Positions 20,127-30,400 of a DNA stretch of 64,000 nt are shown here, piece after piece. The stretch's first letter is position 1; each line of letters begins with the position of its first letter. The notes beneath the pieces were generated by a model, which saw only the letters and a list, made by a program, of their open reading frames with translations, was not told the origin of the DNA and ran no database searches. The position numbers and the translations under genes are program-made. Where the stretch lies: the NCBI GenBank assembly GCA_963823885.1, contig CAWGNL010000101.1:14444-78443 (forward strand). The letters are read 5' to 3'. The stretch comes from an uncultured bacterium. Its GTDB lineage: Bacteria > Armatimonadota > UBA5829.

Positions 20127-20190
20127 CGACTCTGATGAGGTGGGCCGCAAGGCAATTCAAAATAACGACAACCGAGGTAGGCTTTGTAAG

Positions 20191-20941
20191 ATGGAAGTGC
20201 AGGGCGCGTTAAAAAAAGATGAAACAGGAGCATCCAAAACCAGGGTGCTGGTTATAGACGACGAGGAGAACGTCTGCGAACTTATTTCACTCTATTTTGA
20301 AAAAGCCGGTTACGAGGTGGTGAGCAGTCCGGATGGCAACAACGCCGTAGACTTGATCCGCTCTCAGAAACCGGACGTGCTAATTCTGGACCTTATGCTG
20401 CCTGGCGTGGATGGGCTGGAGGTCTGCAAGGAAATCCGCAAGCTCACTAATATTCCTCTGATTATGCTCAGCGCAAGGGTTGATGAGGTGGATAGAGTCC
20501 TGGGCTTGGAGATCGGCGCGGATGACTACGTAACAAAGCCATTTTCGCCCAGGGAGCTTTTGGCCAGGGTAAAGGCTGTCTTGCGAAGGTCCGTGTATAT
20601 TCCCATTCCCGACGAGGAAGAGGTACTCGAGCCTTCCGGGCCTTGCAATCAGCAAGATTTCTCGGGAGGTGTTAGTTGGTGAGGACCGCGTGAACCTCAC
20701 CCCCAAGGAGTTCGATCTTCTTTGGTATCTGGCGTGCAATCGCAACAGAGTGTTCACTCGCGAACAGCTTCTGGAACAGGTCTGGGCGTATCAGGAGTTT
20801 TACGGTGACGAGCGCACCGTCGATCAGCACATCAAGAGGCTGCGCAGGAAAATCGAGACCAACGGAAGTCCGTGCCGCATCACCACGATTTGGGGAGTCG
20901 GCTACAAGTTCGAGATCAGGGAGCCGGTCGCCGCACAGTGA
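20191..20941 (+). CDS. OmpR/PhoB-family response regulator; one frame break (~20635)
   Basis: The receiver domain (RVLVIDDEENV...DVLILDLMLPGVDGLEV...KPF) is in ORF 20140..20682. The winged-helix domain (VNLTPKEFDLLWYLACNRNRVFTREQLL...TIWGVGYKF) is in ORF 20669..20941. They join as ...EEVLE/LPGLAISKISREVLVGEDRV. Confidence 0.8.
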
Positions 20942-21168
20942 CCGCCGCTTGATACGCAACCGATGGGGCAGGCCAAAGTGCCTGCCCCTAATTGTTTGTG
21001 GGCAAGAATTTTCATCACGAAAGCACGAAGATACGAAAACACGAAAGTTGTATCGGGATGCTGAACTCCCCTTTCGTGTTTTCGTGATTAAATCCGGTTG
21101 CCAGGTTTTCACCGCCACCCCAATACGGGAAGCATGTTAATAGAAAGCCGATTGTTGGAGGTGACGCG

Positions 21169-21781
21169 ATGAGAAGAACGCGTTTGCCTGGATTGTTCTT
21201 GGTGGTTCTGACACTGCTTGGGACAGGGTGTTACGGATCGGCGGTGATAGTGCAGCCCGGTTTCCAACAGATAAGCGAGGGCATGCGGCAGACACCGGCG
21301 AGTGCGATCGAAATGAGCTTCCTTTCGAAACATAATCCCACTCGATGCGGGCGCGGTCGGGATGTCGAAACTGGCCGCTTCCAAAGCGGCGCATCCCGAA
21401 CTGCGGCGATTCGCTCGGCGCGTAGTGGATGAGCGGTCCTCCGAGAAGGAAAGGTTCATCTCTTGGCTGCTAGCTATGTACGGGGACGACGGAGTCCCTC
21501 AGGTTACGCCGTTCGCCGCGGATCGGCAGGTCGCGGACTACCTGGATGGAGTGTGCTGCTCCGATTTCGAAATCCGGTATGTGCTGGCGATGATAGAGCA
21601 CGATGCCGGGGCTCTGGCTATAGCCAATGCGGCGAAAGGGACATCGCTGCACGGCAGGATAGATCAAGCCGCGTTGGACGTGGCGGCGGAGCGAGCGGCG
21701 GAGATTTCCCAGTTGCGGCAATGGCTCTATTGCTGGTATGGCATCAACGCCTCGGTTGCCGCCCCTCGCGTCAAATGCTGA
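21169..21781 (+). CDS. DUF305-family (ferritin-like) lipoprotein; one frame break (~21335)
   Basis: Lipobox LLGTGC. It has two DUF305-like halves: FLSK../PLDAGAVGMSKLAASKAAHPELRRFARRVVDERSSEKERFISWL and YVLAMIEHDAGALAIANAA...AAERAAEISQLRQWL. Confidence 0.6.
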
Positions 21782-21794
21782 GAGCCGAGATATA

Positions 21795-21846
21795 AGGTTA
21801 TAGGGTTTCAGGGGAAGGGATCACGCACATCCCTTCCCCTATAACC
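21795..21846. terminator. Long hairpin between convergent genes (possible bidirectional terminator)
   Basis: GGTTATAGGGTTTCAGGGGAAGGGAT-cacgcac-ATCCCTTCCCCTATAACC. Confidence 0.4.
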
Positions 21847-21879
21847 CTAGAACCCTAAGCGCCTAGCCGCGTGCCGCCT

Positions 21880-22830
21880 TCATCTCCCGAGGAGTAACCC
21901 TAGCGCCAGCAGGACCGGCGTAGCCAGATTGATCAGCACATTCATACCCAAATAGGGGACCAGGCGGGGAATATCGGAATGGTGGCGCAGCACACCTCGA
22001 GCCGTGGGAATGGCAATGAGGAGGGTCGCCAAGCCGAGCAGCGCCGGCCTCGGAAGATACGTCCATAGGACACCGGCGAGGATCGTCAGGTAGGCAGCGG
22101 CGAGGAAGAGCACATAGATGATGCTGCATCTCCGCGGGCCGAGCACTACGAGTACATGCTTGCGCCCCACGCTGCGATCTGCCTCGATATCGGGGAACTG
22201 GTTCAACAGCAGCAGATTGTTGACCAGGAAGAACGGGATCAGAGAGGCAACCCACGCCAGCGGCGTCGCGTGACCGGTCAAGGCCACCTGCGTGCCGACG
22301 ACCATAAGGGGCCCAAAGCCCAATCCCGGGGCAACGAGGCATAATGCCGGTTGACGTGTGAGACGGGGAGTATACGCGATGATAATGATCAGCCCCACGA
22401 CTCCGATTGGCAACAAGGCTAAGCTATGCAATCTGAGGAAGAACGCTCCGATTGCAGCGGTAATCCCCAGTGCGGTTCCCCCGGTCACCAGCGCCACCCA
22501 TGCCATTTCCGGATGTTCGGGCAATGCGCCGCTGCCACCACTGAATGGCGTGCGCGTCGTGCGGGTGTCCAAATCGCTTCGGAAATCGCAATACTCGTTG
22601 AGGGCGTTGACGCTGATATGCGCTGTCACCCCGCCAACGAAGACCAGCAGCACATGCCAGATGTGTAGAGTCCCGAATCCTCGCGCGCACGTCGCGATAC
22701 CGAGGAGGACACACGCAATCGGCAGTGCCAGAAACGGCACGCGCATCGGCCCTAGAACACATCGGGCAAGTCGCACGTACGAACTCAAGGCTCGGGGCTT
22801 GTATTCCTCGGTATTCCTTATCCTATCCAT
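21880..22830 (-). CDS. UbiA-family prenyltransferase (MenA-like)
   Basis: 316 aa with ~8-9 TM helices. Asp-rich motifs are NALNEYCDFRSDLD and FPDIEADRSVGRKH. Confidence 0.8.
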   Translation of the reverse strand: MDRIRNTEEYKPRALSSYVRLARCVLGPMRVPFLALPIACVLLGIATCARGFGTLHIWHVLLVFVGGVTAHISVNALNEYCDFRSDLDTRTTRTPFSGGSGALPEHPEMAWVALVTGGTALGITAAIGAFFLRLHSLALLPIGVVGLIIIIAYTPRLTRQPALCLVAPGLGFGPLMVVGTQVALTGHATPLAWVASLIPFFLVNNLLLLNQFPDIEADRSVGRKHVLVVLGPRRCSIIYVLFLAAAYLTILAGVLWTYLPRPALLGLATLLIAIPTARGVLRHHSDIPRLVPYLGMNVLINLATPVLLALGLLLGR

Positions 22831-23043
22831 GTTTTTCCTTGGGCTGTGGTAATAACTCGCACGGCAAGCTCAGCAGGCCGCCCATAAGAAGTATAGCAGT
22901 TGGGACACGGTTTTGCCAGATGTGGGAGGAAGTCGAAAGTCTGAAAGTCTGAAAGTCGAAGCCATGCGAGTTCCCGCCGCATAGAAGGGGGACATTTCCC
23001 AACCTTTAACCTTGAACCTTTAACTTACAACCGCGCCTTGACA

Positions 23044-23072
23044 TTGACAACCGTGCGAACGCGTGTTAAGCT
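23044..23072 (+). promoter_or_regulatory. Sigma70-type promoter (TTGACA-17-TAAGCT)
   Basis: -35 at 23044-23049 and -10 at 23067-23072, ~140 nt upstream of fabZ. Confidence 0.4.
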
Positions 23073-23213
23073 ACAGACTGAGAAATGAAATCGGAAGTCA
23101 GAGGTTAGACCCCGGCCGAGAGGCGATTCCCGAGCTATATCTCGGCGACAAGAGATAGACACTCCGCAGCCGGTTCCCGACTGACGACTGACGACTATTT
23201 CGAAGGGACTCTA

Positions 23214-23645
23214 ATGATCGACATCGAGCAAATTCGAAACACAATCCCGCACAGGTATCCATTCCTTCTGATCGACCGCATTTTGGAGGTCGATGAAGAG
23301 GGCACGCGCTGTGTTGGGATCAAGAATATCACGGCGAATGAAAAGATCGTCCAGAGCCTGATGCCGGACATGATGGTATTTCCCGGCGCCATGCTGGTGG
23401 AGCACATGGCTCAGGTCGGGTGCTACCTGCTGCTCTCGAAACCCGAGGCAAAGGGCAAGCTTGCATATTTCGCGGCGATAGACAACGTTCGGTTCGAAAA
23501 GCCGGTCATCCCCGGTGACACGGTCGTGACCACGGTCCAGCTTGTCACCGGGCGCCGTGGCATTTGGAAGATCAGGGCCGAATCGCGCGTCGGCGACACA
23601 ATTGTCTGCGGCGGCGATCTCACGTGCGCGCTTGTCGATTACTAA
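23214..23645 (+). CDS. fabZ: 3-hydroxyacyl-ACP dehydratase FabZ
   Basis: 143 aa: IPHRYPFLLIDRILEVDE... FPGAMLVEHMAQVG ... hot-dog fold signature. Confidence 0.92.
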   Translation: MIDIEQIRNTIPHRYPFLLIDRILEVDEEGTRCVGIKNITANEKIVQSLMPDMMVFPGAMLVEHMAQVGCYLLLSKPEAKGKLAYFAAIDNVRFEKPVIPGDTVVTTVQLVTGRRGIWKIRAESRVGDTIVCGGDLTCALVDY

Positions 23646-23829
23646 ACGGGAGCAGATAGCTCGATGGCTGAAGGGAATCGCTGCTATCCGGCTATCTGGC
23701 CATGGGCGGATAGTTCAATAGCGGATAGCCTGATGGTGAAGGGAGCCATGTTTGGGCCGCAACCATCCGGCCATCCGGCCATCGGGCCATGTTGGCAAAT
23801 CCCGGCTTTTCTGAGATAATGGACTCAGT

Positions 23830-26800
23830 ATGCTACAATCGTTGATGACTTTACTTCCGGCTGCCGCCGGCAACTCCGGGGGCACTCGCCGGCGCAGGCG
23901 AGGCGGCAGGCCCGAGCAGGCCGGTGGCCCGGATAGCTCCAAAAAGCCGATACGCGAAGATGCGGGCAATTGGATTTGGATTCACGGCCACGAGCAGCCG
24001 GGAAACTTCTACCTCTATGTTCGCAAGACCTTCCAACTGTCCTCCAGCCCCGCTAGAGCTATACTCAAAACCGGCGCCGTCACCAAGTACAAGCTGTACG
24101 TGAACGGCCGGTATGCCGGCAAGGGACCGGCTCCCAGCGGCGAAGGCTACGTCTACTACGACACCCACGATATCACGAATCTGCTCACCAAGGGCGATAA
24201 CGTGGTCGCGTTCCTGGTCTACTACATCGGCGGCGCGCCCGTCAGTCCGGCCGCGCCACCGCCCGGGCTGATCTGCAAGATAGAACTCGAAGAAGGCGGC
24301 GCCGTCGACTACATCGCAACCGACGAGTCCTGGAAGGTGCGCCGCGCCACCGACTGGACCGACGCAGGCGGCCCCCTGGCCGAGGGTCTCGATTTCCAGG
24401 AAGTCTACGATGCCGCCGCCGCGCTAAGCCTCTGGAATGCCGTGACATTCAACGAAAAGGGCTGGGAGAGCGCGGCGATTGTGGGCGTCGCGCCCTCCAT
24501 GCCGTGGGGCGAGCTGGTGCGGCGCGAAATACCGCGGCTTGCGGAAGAGCGCCTCCTTCCGCGGGCCATAGTAGGACTCTTCAACTCCCCGGAAAGAGCA
24601 AAAGACACGACTCCCGCTCAGACGCCGGCGATCATGGCCGCATCCGAGCTTGCCGGCCTCACCGCCGGCAGCGTAAAGAACGCGGACAAGCTCCTCGTCG
24701 AGGAGGGCGAGACACAAGTGAAGACACCGCGAAGCGATCGCGGTGTTGTCCTGCTGCTGGACTTTGGCCAGGAGGTCTTCGGAAATGTCGAAATCGGCGT
24801 AGCCGGATCGGGAACAGGGATAATCGACCTCGGCTATGGCGAGCTGCTTGAAGACGGCCGCGTCAAACCCGACCGCGGGGACATGAAATACTCGGACCGC
24901 ATCATCCTGGGAAAAGGCCGGCTTGATTGGCAGAGTTTCGAGCCGAGGGCTTTCAGGTTTATCCAGATCGAGTTCAGGTGGCTCTCGAAGGATGTTTCGC
25001 TGAGTTATGTGAAAGTCAATCAGACCACCTACCCCGCCGCGGTCTCCGCGAGCTTCGAGTGCAGCGACAGCATGCTAAACGATTTGTGGAGAGTCGGGGT
25101 CCGCACCGCGAAACTATGCATGAACGATACATTCGTCAACTCCCCCTGGCGGGACCGCGCGCAGTGGTGGACCGACGCGATGATCGTATCGGAAGTTGCC
25201 TACTATGCCTTCAATGACACCAAGCTTCTCCAGCAGGGCCTGCGCCAGTTCGCCGACTCTCAGAGGCCCGATGGCCGGATCGCGGCGGTCTACCCTTCCG
25301 GTGTCGAGCAGTATGTGCCCGACACCTCGCTGTTCTGGGTATTCTCTGTCCTGGAATGCTGCGCCTTTACCGGGGACTCCGAAATGGTCGGCGAGCTTTA
25401 TCCGGCGGTGAAGCGGCTGCTTGGTTGGTTTGCTTCATTCGAGGGTCAAGATGCTCTGATAGGTAACGTGCCGGGAGAGATGTTCATCGACGCGGCCGAC
25501 CTGGACAGGCGGGGGGAGTCGACCGCGCTCAACTGTCTCTACCACGGAGCGCTGCGCGCGGCGTCGGCGCTCGCGGATATCGCTGGGATCGAGGCCGACG
25601 CCCAGGCATGGCTGGATGCGGCGAACCGGCTCAAACTCGCCGTGAACAAGCACCTCTACTCGCCTCCTCACGGCCTTTATGCTGAGTGTCGGGTCGATGG
25701 CAAACTCGTTGAGAGATTCAGCCGGCAGACCAACGTGCTGGCGGCGTTGTTCGATATAGCCGACCACTACCGGAAATCGAGCATTTACCGGCAGGCCCTT
25801 GACGGCGCTCTGCCGGGAATCCCGACACCTTACTTCGTGACGCTCCTACTGCAGGCGCTTTATGCCGGCGACAGGCACTACGAAGCCCTCGATATCATTC
25901 GCGGGAAATGGGGCGGGATGCTCAGGGCCGGAGCAACCACGCTCTGGGAGTACTTCAGCCAGGACGGCACACTCTGCCACGGCTGGTCCACCGGACCGAC
26001 CCGGGACCTGCTGGCCGAGTATGTGGGGATAAAACCCGTCGCGGGCCGGCACAGGTTCTCCGTGACCCCGCATCCGGGCGACCTGAGCTGGGCGCGCGGC
26101 TCGATCGAAACCGGTTGTGGCAAGTTGGAAGTGGGCTGGCAGGTGTCGAGGAACTCGCTGGAGATCAAGATCGACATTCCGCAGGGCGTCAAAGTCGACA
26201 TATACCCGCCCGCGACGCCGACCGATCTGGTCACATTGGATGGCAAGCAGCAGCAGGCAGACGTGATAACGATAATCGGCGGTGCCCATTTCGTGAGGGT
26301 CAGAGCGGTCAAGCCGCCTGCGAGACCGGCGGCGCCGGTCGACAAGTCGCTCGAGCCGAAGCCCATGGCGCTCGTGGAGGTGCTGGAAAACACTTACCAC
26401 TTCGGAAGGCGCCGGGAGATAGGCGAGCGGCGTCCACGGCGCAGGCCCGCCAGAGCGGAAACCGGCACTGTCGAGATAGATGTTCCCATCCACGGTGAGC
26501 GGTCCGCGGACGAGATGACCCCCGAGGAGATCGGGGAGGCGCTGGGCGTCGACGTTTCCGAATTGGAAGTGCTGGCAGCGGCCGATATCGACGAGGAGCC
26601 TTCGCAGGCCGCGGAGCAGACATCCGGCGAAGGTGACCAGTCCGCGGACGAGACGCGGCGAAGGAGCCGGCGCGGCGGACGGGGGAGACGCGGGCATGGC
26701 AGGACCACCGGCCAGGAAGCCGGCGAAGCCCAGGTCCCAACTCCGCAAGGCCCAAGCGAGCCCGCGATAGTCCACGAGATGCCTGCGACGCCGCGGGAAC

Positions 26801-27207
26801 TCGGGGAGATCGGCTTCGCTCCCGCGGGCGCTGCCCAGCCCAGAAAAAGGACCCGGCGCGGCGGAAGGCGTCATCGCCACGGCAGGCCGACCTCCGATGT
26901 GGAAATGATCCACGAAGAAGCCGTCCTGACGCCGGAAATCGCCATCCCGCCGGAAGCCGGCCACGCAGGCCCGCCGCCAGGCGAGCAGGCTGAGGCCGCG
27001 CCGCAGCCCAGGAAGAGAACGCGCCGCGGCGGACGCGGACGCCACAAGTCCGAACGAGAAACCGCGCCTGAGGGGCCGACCACGCCGGAGCCGCCGCCCG
27101 CCGAGCATGTGTCTGAACCGGTCGGCGGCGAACAAGCCAAACCCAAGCCCAGGCCACGCAGGCGAAAGCCGAAGCCAAAGCCGCCGGAGGGGGAAAACGC
27201 GGGCTAA
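23830..27207 (+). CDS. GH78-like (alpha-L-rhamnosidase-type) six-hairpin glycosidase with a ~300-aa Arg/Pro/Glu-rich C-terminal tail
   Basis: 1125 aa. The N-terminal beta-domain (WIWIHG...FYLYVRKTF...YKLYVNGRYAG) and the (alpha/alpha)6 region (DRAQWWTDAMI...SQRPDGRIAAVYPS...TLWEYF...LCHGWSTGP) resemble bacterial rhamnosidases. The tail from ~26311 is low complexity. Confidence 0.7.
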   Translation: MLQSLMTLLPAAAGNSGGTRRRRRGGRPEQAGGPDSSKKPIREDAGNWIWIHGHEQPGNFYLYVRKTFQLSSSPARAILKTGAVTKYKLYVNGRYAGKGPAPSGEGYVYYDTHDITNLLTKGDNVVAFLVYYIGGAPVSPAAPPPGLICKIELEEGGAVDYIATDESWKVRRATDWTDAGGPLAEGLDFQEVYDAAAALSLWNAVTFNEKGWESAAIVGVAPSMPWGELVRREIPRLAEERLLPRAIVGLFNSPERAKDTTPAQTPAIMAASELAGLTAGSVKNADKLLVEEGETQVKTPRSDRGVVLLLDFGQEVFGNVEIGVAGSGTGIIDLGYGELLEDGRVKPDRGDMKYSDRIILGKGRLDWQSFEPRAFRFIQIEFRWLSKDVSLSYVKVNQTTYPAAVSASFECSDSMLNDLWRVGVRTAKLCMNDTFVNSPWRDRAQWWTDAMIVSEVAYYAFNDTKLLQQGLRQFADSQRPDGRIAAVYPSGVEQYVPDTSLFWVFSVLECCAFTGDSEMVGELYPAVKRLLGWFASFEGQDALIGNVPGEMFIDAADLDRRGESTALNCLYHGALRAASALADIAGIEADAQAWLDAANRLKLAVNKHLYSPPHGLYAECRVDGKLVERFSRQTNVLAALFDIADHYRKSSIYRQALDGALPGIPTPYFVTLLLQALYAGDRHYEALDIIRGKWGGMLRAGATTLWEYFSQDGTLCHGWSTGPTRDLLAEYVGIKPVAGRHRFSVTPHPGDLSWARGSIETGCGKLEVGWQVSRNSLEIKIDIPQGVKVDIYPPATPTDLVTLDGKQQQADVITIIGGAHFVRVRAVKPPARPAAPVDKSLEPKPMALVEVLENTYHFGRRREIGERRPRRRPARAETGTVEIDVPIHGERSADEMTPEEIGEALGVDVSELEVLAAADIDEEPSQAAEQTSGEGDQSADETRRRSRRGGRGRRGHGRTTGQEAGEAQVPTPQGPSEPAIVHEMPATPRELGEIGFAPAGAAQPRKRTRRGGRRHRHGRPTSDVEMIHEEAVLTPEIAIPPEAGHAGPPPGEQAEAAPQPRKRTRRGGRGRHKSERETAPEGPTTPEPPPAEHVSEPVGGEQAKPKPRPRRRKPKPKPPEGENAG

Positions 27208-27465
27208 TTACCCATTTTCATAAGCTCACTATGTGCCGAGAACGACAACCCACCTGTGCGGCGGAACGACAAGCCGAGATGACGTCCTGGATAGAGCCCT
27301 TCGAGTTCCCGCTGCCGGGTGATTTGGCTTCGTTTCGCAATTTCTCTTATGCCGGGCCGGCCCTTGGGCACGGCGGCCTGGTGATTGGGTATATCGCGAA
27401 CTGCCAGGCGTACAGATGCGCCGCCCGATCGCCCTTCGCGGCGGTAATCGGCCGAAGCGTCACGC

Positions 27466-30400
27466 CTACGGGGCGATCCGCGCCCTCCACGGCCACGTCC
27501 AGGCGCTGTCCGTGCACTTGATGAACGGCGGCATCGGACAAGCTATGTCGCCATCCTCATCGAGATAGACATAAACAGCCTGAGGGTTGATCAAGGCCCT
27601 GCTGCCATCGGGCAGCGTCGTCAGCGCAGCGCCCATGATATCGATGGTGGCCATGGTATCGACCGATGCCGCGACCGAAGTCCCTAGACTAAGCACCAGC
27701 CTCGGCGCTGGAGTACCGGGTTCGAACCACTCCTTTATTGCAAGGGTCTGGCCGCCGTCAAGTATTTCAACAACATCCTCGCACGGTAAATTAACCACGC
27801 TCCCGTCTTGCTGTGACAAGGCCCATCCGATATTCCCGACTTGGCTGTCCAACTGCTTGAACCAATCGGTCTGCAAGACCCAGGAGTCATCGTAATCGGT
27901 GGGTGGCCCGATTGGTCCGCCGCCCGGCTCGGCTTCGCCGGGAATGGTGGCCACGTCGCCGCCGAATGAATCGTCATCAGCGGCCCTTACCGACATCGTC
28001 ATGGACTCGCCGTTCGGAGACGTGTCGGGATAGCACAGATATATGCGATCGGGGTTGATCCACTGGTCGTCCTCATAGTCGCTGTTCACGTAGGTCGTGC
28101 CCAATATCGTCAGCCCCTGATACTTGCTGAGACCGGTATACGCGCTCACAAATACGGGCCACCACATGTTCCTGGCTTCCGGGACGCTCGAACCCGTCAT
28201 CTTGGGGCTGATAATCCAGTCATGGTGCCGGCAGCGCAGTACTCCATTGGAAACGCCGGTACCGGTCTGGCTTTCAACCAGAGCATTTTCCAGCCGGACC
28301 TTGCTGCCCTCTTCAAGCTCCTGTATGTCGCCCGAAGAGTCGGTGGTAACGAACACTCCGGTAAAATGCCCATCCCAGGTCGACCAGGACCAAGTCGGCT
28401 CCTTCGCGGCCTGGGTGTAGGACTCGGAGTAGGCATTTGTCAGTGTGAGGTCGGGGTTGGTCCCCGGCGGCGTTTGGGCGGTGTCCCGCATCCTGACGCA
28501 CCTTACAATGTTGGCGCCTATCTTGAACGAACTGCTGATTCCGGTAACCGCTACATAGTCTCCCAGGCCGGGCTTTGCCAGGCTCCCGCAGTATACCCGC
28601 ACTCCCACCGGGCTTGCCGAACTATCCGGCGCGCTCCCGTCCAAGGGCACTATAACCGGAGCGCCCCGCACGTTCCCATCCCGGAGGGTGCTTCCGTCGC
28701 CTATATAGAAGCAGTCGCTGCCAACGTAAGTGATGCTGCCCCACACGCGGACCAGCAAGCCGACGTTGAGCAGACCGGTACCGTTGAGGACACCCGGGGA
28801 ACCGGCGGGCGCTGAGCCTCCCAGCATTTTGTTAGTCATCCCCAGCGGCGACGGCACGCTTTGCGAGCCTACACTGTCGACCTCCGTGGCCTCAATGTAA
28901 CGCTCTCTGGGTGTAGCGCCGCTCACGGTCTTGTGTATGATGCCGTTGATCGTCACCACTTCGCCCTCGACCACCTCGCCGGCGCTCGTTTCGACGCGTA
29001 TGCCGCCGGATCTGTCCGCGTCCTCCACGTAAAACGCATTGGGCAGGCTCGAAGCGTTGTCTCCGAGCGTGGTGCAGTCGGTTCCGGCGGTGACGACGAC
29101 GTTGACCAGCATCCCTGTGCTGTCGTCCGCGGTCTGGGAGACGAGGCTGCCGATGCTGGGGGTGGTGTTGGTGTTATTCGCCAGCGTTATCTGCTGGAGC
29201 GCGCCGTAATACGACGAGCCATCTTCGTAGCGGGCTATCACCTGAAGCTGATAGGGCCCATCCGGGAAAGACGTATTCACTTGCCATTGGTAGGGACTCG
29301 CCGAGCACGTGGTTAGGAGGATGGGACCGCCGGAGACGAACAGCCAGAACTCCACGCTTGATGGGACGATATCGCCCTGTGGGGTCGCGGATATCGTGTC
29401 CCCCGCACTTACTATCCAGGAGGTTCTGCTGTCGAGCGATATCGCCTGTATGGTGCTGTCCACGGTGAACGTCGCGCTTCCGGTGACGGAACCCACGGCC
29501 AGGCCCTCCTGTACCGCCGTCGCCCGGATGGTATAAGCGCCATTGGCAAGTCCGGTCGTGTTCCATGTCGTATAGTAGGGAACGCTCGTATCGGTTGCGA
29601 GCGTCGAGGTTATGCCAGAGGAATCCACGAGATCGAACTCCACCTGCGCGATGCTGCCCACCGCCGTCCCCTCGAAATCGGCTTCCGGGTCCACCCAGAG
29701 CGTAACTGTACCCGGCAACTCTCGTTTCATCGGCGGGCGACGGGTCGATAAACAGGATGGAGGGATGAACCTGGAACGGAGCCATCATCGGATCCCCGAC
29801 CGCGACCTCCATCCAGCCGAGCGAGGCAAAACCCATATATGCGCTTTCGGCCCATGAATATCCTGTGGCATACTCGTATAGTATCGTCTGGGGGCTTATT
29901 GCGCCTGCATACGGCTCAGCCACATTTCCAGTGGTTGCGCTGGCGCCTTCGCGGATCAGCTCGGCCGCCAGTGACTGCTTGATTTGCGCCATGTAGGTAA
30001 CGCCCTGCCCGGCGGAATTGATGCAGGCGCTCCAGATGTCGGTCGTGGGCACAGGCTGAAGGGTCAGCGTCTCTGATGGATACACGCCCACAGCCTGACC
30101 GGGAAACTGCGGGTCGTTGCTGGGACAGGTGATCGTGAAGTAAGTGCTGCCGCCGCTCGGCCACTGGATGCCGCTTAACGGAATGCTGGCTGTGGGCACG
30201 ATCAGAGTATGGCCCTCGTTGGTGATTTGCGCTGTGCCGTTGAACGCCGCGGAGTCGATTGCCCCGCCGGTACTGTCGCACAGGGTAAGCATGAAGTTGT
30301 GGTACAAGCTGCAATTGAAACTGGGGTTCCCGCCGCTGAGATAGCCCGCACCCTGATAAGGCCACAGATAGACCTTGAGGTAGTTTGCCTCGACGTTGGA

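Noticed and set aside
25846-27135. Long antisense and overlapping ORFs in GC-rich genes (for example 25846..27135-, 26309..27178-, 50660..52024-, 5636..6403-, 54680..55570-, 10243..10977-, 13696..14586+, 17380..18147+)
   Set aside because: They are shadow ORFs opposite well-supported genes (GH78, pepF, hydrogenase, hppA, Wza-like, ArnT-like, GT4). They are Arg/Gly/Pro-rich, lack recognisable motifs, and are typical of high-GC DNA.
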